Shown here: positions 1-6,513 of the stretch, in pieces
How the letters are laid out: each line of letters starts with the position of its first letter
Numbering within the stretch: position 1 is the first letter of the stretch
Assembly: GCF_037902255.1 (NCBI RefSeq)
Contig: NZ_CP147990.1
Coordinates: 780,001 to 812,000, forward strand
From: Candidatus Electrothrix sp. GW3-4
Lineage (GTDB): Bacteria > Desulfobacterota > Desulfobulbia > Desulfobulbales > Desulfobulbaceae
Length of the DNA stretch: 32,000 nt
Direction: 5' to 3'
Position numbers and translations under genes: made by a program
The notes under the pieces: model-generated
What the model saw: only the letters and a program-made list of their open reading frames with translations
Database searches by the model: none
Told to the model about the DNA's origin: nothing

Positions 1-1
1 T

Positions 2-409
2 GATTTACGGAACAGTACCTTGCAGGGGGCATCTTGTGATACAGCTGATTTCACGGAAGCTGTTCTTGATAGCGCAAATTTTAAGAATGCATTTTTGTCT
101 TGCTCCTGTTTTCTCCATACCAATGCGCGACAAACCGATTTTTCAGGTGCAAATCTGGAGCGGGCTGAATTTACTTATGCGGATTGCCATGGCTCGAATT
201 TTTCGCATGCCCGGATGAAATACAGCGATTTGTCTCACGCGAACCTGCAAAATTGTGATATGGCAGAAGCGAATCTTCTTCAGTCGGTCATGCATTGCAC
301 TAGGGATGTCGGCACCAATTGGAAAGGAACATCCAGACTGCTTGTAGAGACAACAGACAAAGACCTTGCTGCTGCGGAAAACTGGAAGCCGCCTCGTTCT
401 TCAATCTAA
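2..409 (+). CDS. Pentapeptide-repeat protein, 5'-partial (frame open to window edge)
   Basis: No stop between base 2 and 409. Runs of 5-residue A(D/N)LXX-type repeats (SANFKNAFLSCSCF, FSGANLERAEFTYADCHGSNFSHARMKYSDLSHANLQNCDMAEANL). It sits directly upstream of DUF3540-like and PAAR-like genes, the known T6SS accessory order DUF2169 / pentapeptide / DUF3540 / DUF4150. Confidence 0.75.
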   Translation, partial: DLRNSTLQGASCDTADFTEAVLDSANFKNAFLSCSCFLHTNARQTDFSGANLERAEFTYADCHGSNFSHARMKYSDLSHANLQNCDMAEANLLQSVMHCTRDVGTNWKGTSRLLVETTDKDLAAAENWKPPRSSI

Positions 410-423
410 GCGGGAGATTAGAT

Positions 424-1275
424 ATGACAAAAATTGCTTCACTTTATCCTGTAGACTACACAAAGCGTTTCTCTGCCCAGGAAGCAGAAATAGTTTCTTT
501 TGACCGGGAAAAAAGAACCGCAAAAATACATATTGACACCCTGCCGGAGATACAGGCGATAGATGCCGCTCTGGCCCTGCCTTATGATATTGATTTGAGC
601 TGTGGGGATAAGGTGCTTATTGCCGGTGAGGATATACGCAGTATCTATATCATTGGAGTATTGTCAGCAAAAGCGTTCGCAACAATACGCGCAGATAACG
701 GTGCCTATGCTCGCCTTGATAATGACAGGACATCCCTGCAGATTTTCTCTCCACATAATAAACTTATTATTGAATATGATACAGGAAAAGATACAACTAC
801 AGTGAGTTCTCTTACCGGCAATATGGAATTCAATTCTCCGGAATCTATAACCTTCCAAAGCAACTCAATTGATTTTACGGGCAAAGATAAGATCAAAATG
901 AAGGTGCAGGATGATAGCAAAGGTTCTCTCTCAACATTGTCGTTGGGAAATTACCAAACTAAGCTGAATTGTCCTGATTTGCATGTAACAGCAAAGAATG
1001 GAAATTTATTTGTAGATCAGCTGAAAATTACAGGGCAAAGAGTGCTGACGAATCTGGTGCAGGCAACGCTCAATATAAGCAAGATTGAAACAAAGGCAAA
1101 AACACTTATCCATAAAGCACAGGATATGTATCAGTCAGTTGAATGCCTTTCTCAGCTCAAAACCGGCAGACTGAAAATGCTGATCAAATCAACCTGCCAC
1201 ATTAAGAGCAAGGATACCGTATTAAAAGCCGAAGAAGACTTCAAGGTAAAGGCTGAAGAGATTAATCTGGGGTAA
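424..1275 (+). CDS. DUF3540-like T6SS-associated protein (function unknown)
   Basis: Same frame as track ORF 319..1275. The ATG at 424 follows the stop of the pentapeptide gene (409) and a GGGAGA motif. N-terminal small-barrel-like segment (AEIVSFDREKRTAKIHIDT...SCGDKVLIAGED...IYIIGVLS) followed by a beta-rich repetitive body. The family call rests on remembered family pattern plus synteny, not on a search. Confidence 0.5.
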   Translation: MTKIASLYPVDYTKRFSAQEAEIVSFDREKRTAKIHIDTLPEIQAIDAALALPYDIDLSCGDKVLIAGEDIRSIYIIGVLSAKAFATIRADNGAYARLDNDRTSLQIFSPHNKLIIEYDTGKDTTTVSSLTGNMEFNSPESITFQSNSIDFTGKDKIKMKVQDDSKGSLSTLSLGNYQTKLNCPDLHVTAKNGNLFVDQLKITGQRVLTNLVQATLNISKIETKAKTLIHKAQDMYQSVECLSQLKTGRLKMLIKSTCHIKSKDTVLKAEEDFKVKAEEINLG

Positions 1276-1309
1276 TTTTAACTTTTATGAAATCGATGGA
1301 GAATTTCAC

Positions 1310-1726
1310 ATGGTAGCAATATTTCCAGCGTCTACAAAAGGTGGGGGAAACTGTCTGGGCGCACCGGATGTCTGTCTGACTCCCGCTCCTCCAGCACCCC
1401 CTGTTCCGACACCGTATCCTAATAGCGGCATGGTGAATCAGGCCAAAAAAACTTCCAAGAAGGTAAAATTTGCCGGAAAAGAAGCTGTTACGGTGAGTTC
1501 TGAAATATCCCGTTCTATGGGGGACGAAGCCGGAGTTAATAAAGGCGTGATGTCCGGCATGAATATGAGTAAAATAACATTTAAGAAAGGAAGCTCCAAG
1601 GTCAAGGCGCAGGGAAAGAAATGTGTCCATCTTACATCCGTCACAGGCCATAATGGCAGTAATGCCAATATGCCAGCAGGTGCTCAGATCGCTCCGAGTC
1701 AAACTAAAGTGAAAGTTGCTCCCTAA
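1310..1726 (+). CDS. PAAR-like DUF4150 domain protein (T6SS spike-tip type), stand-alone
   Basis: N-terminal signature GGNCLGAPDVCLTPAPPAPPVPTPYPN is typical of the PAAR-like DUF4150 domain. GGAGA ribosome-binding site upstream of the ATG. 138 aa with no C-terminal toxin extension. Confidence 0.8.
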   Translation: MVAIFPASTKGGGNCLGAPDVCLTPAPPAPPVPTPYPNSGMVNQAKKTSKKVKFAGKEAVTVSSEISRSMGDEAGVNKGVMSGMNMSKITFKKGSSKVKAQGKKCVHLTSVTGHNGSNANMPAGAQIAPSQTKVKVAP

Positions 1727-1767
1727 CTGGCTGCTATAGAGTGTGAATGCAGATGCGATGTTTTTAG

Positions 1768-1967
1768 ATGAGTAGTTCACTCCAAAAGATACAGCCCCCC
1801 CTGCCATTCTGGCCTCAGCCACCTGGCCGGGCGGGCAGTGTGCAGAGCAGCGATTCGTTGACTCCTTCCGTATCGGTCGGGATCCGGCCTGTGCTCTATC
1901 CATATCCCTGATCCGGTGGTCAGTCGGGAGCACGCCGAGGTCGTGCTGCTGGCTGATAGCTGGTGGG
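1768..1967 (+). pseudogene. Degenerate duplicate of the 5' end of the FHA-SLT gene (copy of 6510-6720)
   Basis: 1796-1967 is near-identical by eye to 6551-6720 apart from a 2-nt indel (GTGCTCTATCC vs GTGCTATCC). Weaker similarity extends back to an ATG at 1768 (vs ATG 6510) with an ~11-nt deletion. The copy is frameshifted: reading from 1768 hits TGA near 1909. Confidence 0.8.
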
Positions 1968-3183
1968 CAATCTGTTCCGCGCTAAAGATCGGAACGACCG
2001 CAGATACGGTCCTGCCGGTCAGCTGCTGGAAATGCATTCTCCCGAAGGCACAATCTTTTACAAATATGATGCCGAAGGCAATCTGATTGAAAAGCAGCAG
2101 CCGGACAACGGTACATGGCTGTACATCTGGAATGCGGCCGGAATGCTGGACCATGTGGTCCGACCGGATCAGCAGGTAGTGCGCTTTGCCTATGATGCCC
2201 TGGGACGGCGGGTGAGTAAGGAGTTTCAGGGCAGGATCACCCGTTGGGTCTGGGATGGCAACAATCCGCTCCATGAATGGGTGGAAGCTGCACCCGTTGT
2301 GGAAGGCGGCAGGCAGGATGCCGTGCCAACTCAGGACGAACCAATTCCACAGCAGCAGGAGTTCTACATCGGTCATCCACCCACCGGCCCGCCTGCTGCG
2401 GATGATGCACCGCTGCAACAGGATGCGAATGCAACAGACGACGGCCTGATCACCTGGCTGTTTGAGCCGGAGTCCTTTGCTCCGGTTGCCAAGGTTCAGG
2501 GTGATAAGGTATATTCCATTGTTACAGATTACCTAGGCACGCCGGTGGCGATGGTGGACCAGGACGGCAATAAGGTCTGGTCTGCGGATATTGGTGTGTT
2601 CGGCAAACTGCGCAATGTCGAAGGGCAGCAAATGGACTGCCCGTTCCGCTGGCCTGGGCAGTATGAAGATGCCGAGACTGGGTTGTATTATAATTGGTTC
2701 CGGTATTTTGATCCTGAGATCGGAGAATATGTAAGTCAGGATCCAATTGGGCTAGTTGGTGGAACAAGGCTTTATGGATATGTTGACGATGTTGTGACTA
2801 AGATTGATCCATGGGGTCTGAAAGCAACCATTGATGATAAAGGTTTCTTCGCGAAAAGCCATGAATATGGCCAAGGAAAAAGCCCGTCAGGAAGGGTTCG
2901 TATACCTTATCAGGGGACGAGAGGAAGAGATTTCACAGCAGCTAATAAAGCAGCAGGATTCGATAGTACTCCCGATGGATATACATGGCATCATGCAAAC
3001 TATAACTCAAGAACAGGTTATGGAGACATGCAACTTGTTCGACATGACGTTCATGCGGCCAGATCTCATTCAGGTGGTGTTTCCAGATTCAAAGCCTCTA
3101 CTGGACTTAAGTACGATTCGATAACTGCTGTGAAACATGTGGAGTCAAAAGGGCGCCTAAGAGGTCGTTCTTCTTGTAAATAG
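1963..3183 (+). CDS. Rhs/YD-repeat C-terminal fragment with WHH-type HNH/EndoVII nuclease toxin tip (orphan, N-terminally truncated)
   Basis: YD repeats (YKYDAEGNLIEK, FAYDALGRRVSK). Rhs core end (GQYEDAETGLYYNWFRYFDPEIGEYVSQDPIGLVGG...YGYVDDVVTKIDPWGL, ending at nt 2820). C-terminal ~120 aa contain GYTWHHANY...MQLVRHDVHAARSHSGG, matching the WHH nuclease family as remembered. The frame opens only at 1960 (TAG at 1957-1959), and the GTG 'start' at 1963 lies inside the duplicated FHA segment. The toxin tip is visibly more AT-rich than the core. Confidence 0.8.
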   Translation: MGNLFRAKDRNDRRYGPAGQLLEMHSPEGTIFYKYDAEGNLIEKQQPDNGTWLYIWNAAGMLDHVVRPDQQVVRFAYDALGRRVSKEFQGRITRWVWDGNNPLHEWVEAAPVVEGGRQDAVPTQDEPIPQQQEFYIGHPPTGPPAADDAPLQQDANATDDGLITWLFEPESFAPVAKVQGDKVYSIVTDYLGTPVAMVDQDGNKVWSADIGVFGKLRNVEGQQMDCPFRWPGQYEDAETGLYYNWFRYFDPEIGEYVSQDPIGLVGGTRLYGYVDDVVTKIDPWGLKATIDDKGFFAKSHEYGQGKSPSGRVRIPYQGTRGRDFTAANKAAGFDSTPDGYTWHHANYNSRTGYGDMQLVRHDVHAARSHSGGVSRFKASTGLKYDSITAVKHVESKGRLRGRSSCK

Positions 3184-3211
3184 CTGTATATTATTTCTTA
3201 ACAACAGAGAG

Positions 3212-3697
3212 TTGGCTTTGCCCCAAAAAAAACAAAAAGACACCGAAAGAAGTGTCAATGCTTATAACAATAGATGGATGAAAATTACTCCTGCTTCCAA
3301 GGAAGATATTGCTGCTGCTGAAGCGTATCTTGAGGTAGCATTTCCAGAAGACCTTGTAAAACTTTTTAAGTTATGCTCGGGAGGACGACCAGTTAAGAAT
3401 TACTATATAAGCTATGAAAATGATATCGAAGTAAGTATAGGCTACATACTCCCATTTAAGAAAGAATCAAAACGTTGGGATATACTAACAGAGTACGATT
3501 ATCTTTATACGCGATTTAATTTTCCAGCGGAACTGATTCCTTTTGCTATTGATGAGGGACATGCCAATTATTATTGTCTTAAGATGGAAACTGGTGAGGT
3601 AATTTATTACCTACATGATGAACCCGAAAATCGGGAAAAAAAACTTTCTAATTCCCTTTCAGTTTTTTTGAGGGGCTTAACTGAATGGCCATATTGA
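3212..3697 (+). CDS. SMI1/KNR4 (SUKH-1) family immunity protein
   Basis: Lies immediately downstream of the Rhs toxin tip. SUKH-like N-terminal motif ASKEDIAAAEAYLEVAFPEDLVKLFKLCSGG and C-terminal FAIDEGHANYYCL. AT-rich. The track start at 3212 is TTG; an in-frame ATG at 3278 (MKITPAS...) is an alternative start. Confidence 0.75.
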   Translation: MALPQKKQKDTERSVNAYNNRWMKITPASKEDIAAAEAYLEVAFPEDLVKLFKLCSGGRPVKNYYISYENDIEVSIGYILPFKKESKRWDILTEYDYLYTRFNFPAELIPFAIDEGHANYYCLKMETGEVIYYLHDEPENREKKLSNSLSVFLRGLTEWPY

Positions 3698-4022
3698 TCT
3701 TTGTAAATCAAAAGGGTCATCTATGATAAGTAAAGTCAAGTGGAAAAAGGAGATTCCCTGTGCACCTGACCACCTCGGTGCCTTCTTTTCAGCACGGAGT
3801 TCGGATGGCGGCAGCCTGCGGCGGAGAACCTGTGGATATTCGTAGCCGCAAGGCTGTCGACGACCGGACGAACTTGTTGCTACACGGGCCGAAGCCTGTT
3901 TCCTGACCATTAGCACCCAAAACCAAGAATGTCCACTCACTGAGATCTCTTGACGCTGTGAATAAAATTGAATATTATATATTCATAGATCTTCTTCACC
4001 TCAAAAAAACAGGACGACAAAA

Positions 4023-4259
4023 ATGAAAACAGTGACTATGCGGGTTGATGATGCGGTCTACCGGATGATAAAAACCGCAGCCGATGGGCAGAAGAGGAAC
4101 CTTTCCAACTTCATAGAATTTGCCGTGATGCAGTATCTTTCCTCTGCACAGTATGTCGATAATGATGAAATGGATGAAATACTCCGGGATACCGAGCTGG
4201 TACAGAATTTAAAGAACGGCATCAAAGAGCTTGAACAAGGAGAGTACACGCTTGTTTGA
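4023..4259 (+). CDS. Ribbon-helix-helix (CopG/ParD-like) antitoxin
   Basis: N-terminal RHH pattern MKTVTMRVDDAVYRMIKTAADGQKRNLSNFIEFAVMQYL. The 3' end overlaps the RelE/ParE toxin gene. Confidence 0.7.
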   Translation: MKTVTMRVDDAVYRMIKTAADGQKRNLSNFIEFAVMQYLSSAQYVDNDEMDEILRDTELVQNLKNGIKELEQGEYTLV

Positions 4260-4521
4260 GTTCAGAATTGCAGAGTCCAACAAATTTGAGAAACGCAAAA
4301 AGAAGATTGATCCGTCTCTGTATGCGAAGATAAAGAATATTGTGTATCCTCAGCTTCGAAAAAATCCCTATTTCGGAGCGAATATCAAAAAACTGAAAGG
4401 AGACCTCTCGGGATACTATCGCTTCAGGATTGGGAATTACCGCCTTTTTTATCTTATTGAGGAGGAAAAAGTGATTGTTGTTGTCGTGGATCTCCAGCAG
4501 CGGCAGAATGCCTATAAATAA
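4231..4521 (+). CDS. RelE/ParE family type II toxin
   Basis: IKKLKGDLSGYYRFRIGNYRLFYLIEEEKVIVVVVDLQQRQNAY is the typical RelE/ParE C-terminal core. Overlaps the antitoxin gene. The exact start is uncertain (TTG at 4231 or 4252). Confidence 0.8.
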   Translation: MNKESTRLFEFRIAESNKFEKRKKKIDPSLYAKIKNIVYPQLRKNPYFGANIKKLKGDLSGYYRFRIGNYRLFYLIEEEKVIVVVVDLQQRQNAYK

Positions 4522-4610
4522 TAAGGGACCTATATCAAACTGCAACCTGCCTGTTCTTCTTTTTCCCAAAAAAACGCTTATAATTTTAAACTGTTTAAGA
4601 GCTATCAAAA

Positions 4611-4817
4611 ATGAAAAAGAAGAACAAATCTAAAATATTCACTGAAGAAATGACTGCGACAATAAGAAAGGCCGTGAATAGCGCCCTGCTTCATCACAAG
4701 GCGGTCGGTAATAAAATTGCTTACTGGAGTGAGGGGCAAATCCAAGTCGAGGTGCCTAGGGAAACACAACTTCACATTGTAAAGACATCTCCTCTTCATC
4801 TTGATCGTATCAAATGA
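4611..4817 (+). CDS. Small hypothetical protein (68 aa)
   Basis: ORF only, with no recognisable motif and no clear ribosome-binding site. Its stop overlaps the ATG of the Rpn fragment (ATGA at 4814-4817), suggesting former coupling. Confidence 0.3.
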   Translation: MKKKNKSKIFTEEMTATIRKAVNSALLHHKAVGNKIAYWSEGQIQVEVPRETQLHIVKTSPLHLDRIK

Positions 4818-4915
4818 GAACCCTGCCCGATAAATACATCAACCTGTTTACGGACTTCGGCTTCAAAAAACTCTTCGGCACCGAGTTCAACAAACCGCTG
4901 CTGATCAACTTCCGC
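4814..4915 (+). pseudogene. N-terminal fragment of an Rpn/YhgA-like PD-(D/E)XK recombination-promoting nuclease (putative transposase)
   Basis: MRTLPDKYINLFTDFGFKKLFGTEFNKPLLINF matches the conserved N-terminus of the Rpn family as remembered. Similarity ends after ~33 codons, and the rest of track ORF 4814..5071 runs through the vapBC promoter region. Confidence 0.6.
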
Positions 4916-4957
4916 GCCTTTCCTTTTCCCGTTGATGCCGTATCTTCGGAGCGATCC

Positions 4958-4986
4958 TTGACAAATGCAAAGCCCAGGCATATGCT
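4958..4986 (+). promoter_or_regulatory. Candidate sigma70 promoter for vapBC
   Basis: TTGACA (4958-4963), a 17-nt spacer, then TATGCT (4981-4986), about 50 nt upstream of the vapB ATG at 5037. Confidence 0.35.
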
Positions 4987-5036
4987 TAGGTATATGTCAA
5001 TCACTCCAATTTTGATAAAAACAAAGGGAACTTTAT

Positions 5037-5273
5037 ATGCAGACAGAACGCCATGTCCGCCTGTTCCGTAACGGACGCAATCAGGCAATTCGTATTCCGC
5101 GTGAATTCGAGCTGGAAGGGAATGAGGCTGTTATCCGCAAAGAAGGCGGCAGGCTGATCATAGAACCGGTGATAAAAACGGGCTTAGCCACCCTGCTGGC
5201 CTCCTGGAAGCCGCTTGATGAGGATTTCCCGGAAATAGACGACGCTCCTGTCATACCGGAAGACATTTTCTGA
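5037..5273 (+). CDS. vapB: AbrB/SpoVT-fold antitoxin VapB
   Basis: VRLFRNGRNQAIRIPREFELEGNEAVIRKEGGRLIIEP is a typical SpoVT/AbrB swapped-hairpin antitoxin. It ends 1 nt before the PIN gene. Confidence 0.8.
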   Translation: MQTERHVRLFRNGRNQAIRIPREFELEGNEAVIRKEGGRLIIEPVIKTGLATLLASWKPLDEDFPEIDDAPVIPEDIF

Positions 5274-5274
5274 A

Positions 5275-5685
5275 ATGAGCGAGTACAGATACCTGCTGGA
5301 TACCAATATCCTTTCAGACCTGATAAAAAATCCCGCTGGCCCTGTCGCACAAAAGGTGATCAGTCCTCATATTGAACTGATCTGTTGCACCAATCTGATC
5401 GTCGCTTGTGAGCTGCGCTACGGCGCCTGTAAAAAAGGTTCTCCCCGCCTCACAGCAAGAGTCGAACAGCTTCTGAGCACCTTACCCGTGCTTCCCCTGG
5501 AGGAAGATGTTGCGCATCAGTACGGAGAGATCAGGACCGCCCTGGAGCGTGCCGGTCAGCCCATCGGGGGCAACGACCTGTTGATCGCTGCTCATGCCCT
5601 TACCCTGCGGCTGACTGTTGTCACCGCAAACCTGCGGGAATTTACTCGCGTTCCAGGGCTGGCGGTGGAAAATTGGCTGGAGTGA
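5275..5685 (+). CDS. vapC: PIN-domain toxin VapC
   Basis: N-terminal YLLDTNILSDL, plus later acidic residues (GNDLLIAAHA, VVTANLREF) in a typical PIN layout. Confidence 0.85.
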   Translation: MSEYRYLLDTNILSDLIKNPAGPVAQKVISPHIELICCTNLIVACELRYGACKKGSPRLTARVEQLLSTLPVLPLEEDVAHQYGEIRTALERAGQPIGGNDLLIAAHALTLRLTVVTANLREFTRVPGLAVENWLE

Positions 5686-5856
5686 GAGTCGGATGTATGC
5701 TGCACTGTGATGAAGAGAAAAATGTATTGAACTGGGCAGGGTAGAAATAGCTTAAGCAATGAAGCAGAAAGGGATGGGTTTTCCGTCATTGCAGAAATAA
5801 TCAGCCTGTTTGCTGCTGAAATCGAAAAGCTGTAGCCTCTGCTCCTTACAACTTGA

Positions 5857-6513
5857 ATGCGTTTTATGACCATAGAGGACATCATAACCCAGCACGCCGA
5901 AGATGCCGCCTTTCTCTGGCTCCTTCGTGACAGTGCTGTTTACGAACCCCACTACGACCTCAAGGACTTGGCGGAACTGGACAACCGCGTCGAAGCCCAC
6001 CTGGACGGCCTGCGCATTGCAGGCGACGTAGGCTGGGAAATCTGCAAAGACGCCCTGAGCTACCAAGAACCGGGCGAGGCCTTCTCCATAATCACCGGCC
6101 TGGATCTGGCCTATGAAGACCTGGAAGGCGAATGGCCCGAGGGCTTTGTTGCAGGCCCCAGCGAAGACCCGAAAGATGAAGACGTGGATCTGGACCCGGA
6201 TGAAGACCTGCCCTGGCCTGCACCTACCCTGATTACCCAGTGGTGGGGAGCGAATCAGGGGCGATTTTCCATCGGCACCCGCTATCTGGCAGGTCAACCA
6301 ATCGCTGCCGATCATCTCCGCCAGGTGCTGGTTACCGGTTTTCAACGGCAACGCGTTGCTGCGGCAATGGAACTGGCCCTGCTCAGGCCGGAACAGCCCC
6401 TCTTTGCCGTTCAGGGCACCGGGGTTCCGGCAGCAGGCACTGCTCGGGCTATAAAAAGACTTCTCATGCAATTGAACGAACACCCTTATTCTGATAAGCA
6501 GATCAGCGCATGA
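5857..6513 (+). CDS. TIGR02270-like protein, apparently lacking the central HEAT-repeat region
   Basis: N-terminus IITQHAEDAAFLWLLRDSAVYEPHYDLKDLAELDNRVEAHLDGLRIAGDVGW and C-terminus GTRYLAGQP...GFQRQRVAAAMELALLRPEQPLF resemble the TIGR02270 family from memory. At 218 aa it is much shorter than I recall for the family. Its stop overlaps the FHA gene start (ATGA at 6510-6513). Confidence 0.45.
   Translation: MRFMTIEDIITQHAEDAAFLWLLRDSAVYEPHYDLKDLAELDNRVEAHLDGLRIAGDVGWEICKDALSYQEPGEAFSIITGLDLAYEDLEGEWPEGFVAGPSEDPKDEDVDLDPDEDLPWPAPTLITQWWGANQGRFSIGTRYLAGQPIAADHLRQVLVTGFQRQRVAAAMELALLRPEQPLFAVQGTGVPAAGTARAIKRLLMQLNEHPYSDKQISA

Noticed and set aside
1262-2418. Minus-strand ORFs 1262..1933 and 1777..2418
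   Set aside because: They overlap the DUF4150 gene, the duplicated FHA fragment and the Rhs YD repeats on the opposite strand. They have no motifs, and part of the apparent conservation is just the duplicated segment (compare ORF 6503..6742).
3677-3940. 87-aa minus-strand ORF across the GC-rich block
   Set aside because: It is Arg/Ser/Pro/Trp-rich, lacks a ribosome-binding site and has no motif. The region is treated as noncoding (see the finding on 3740-3945).
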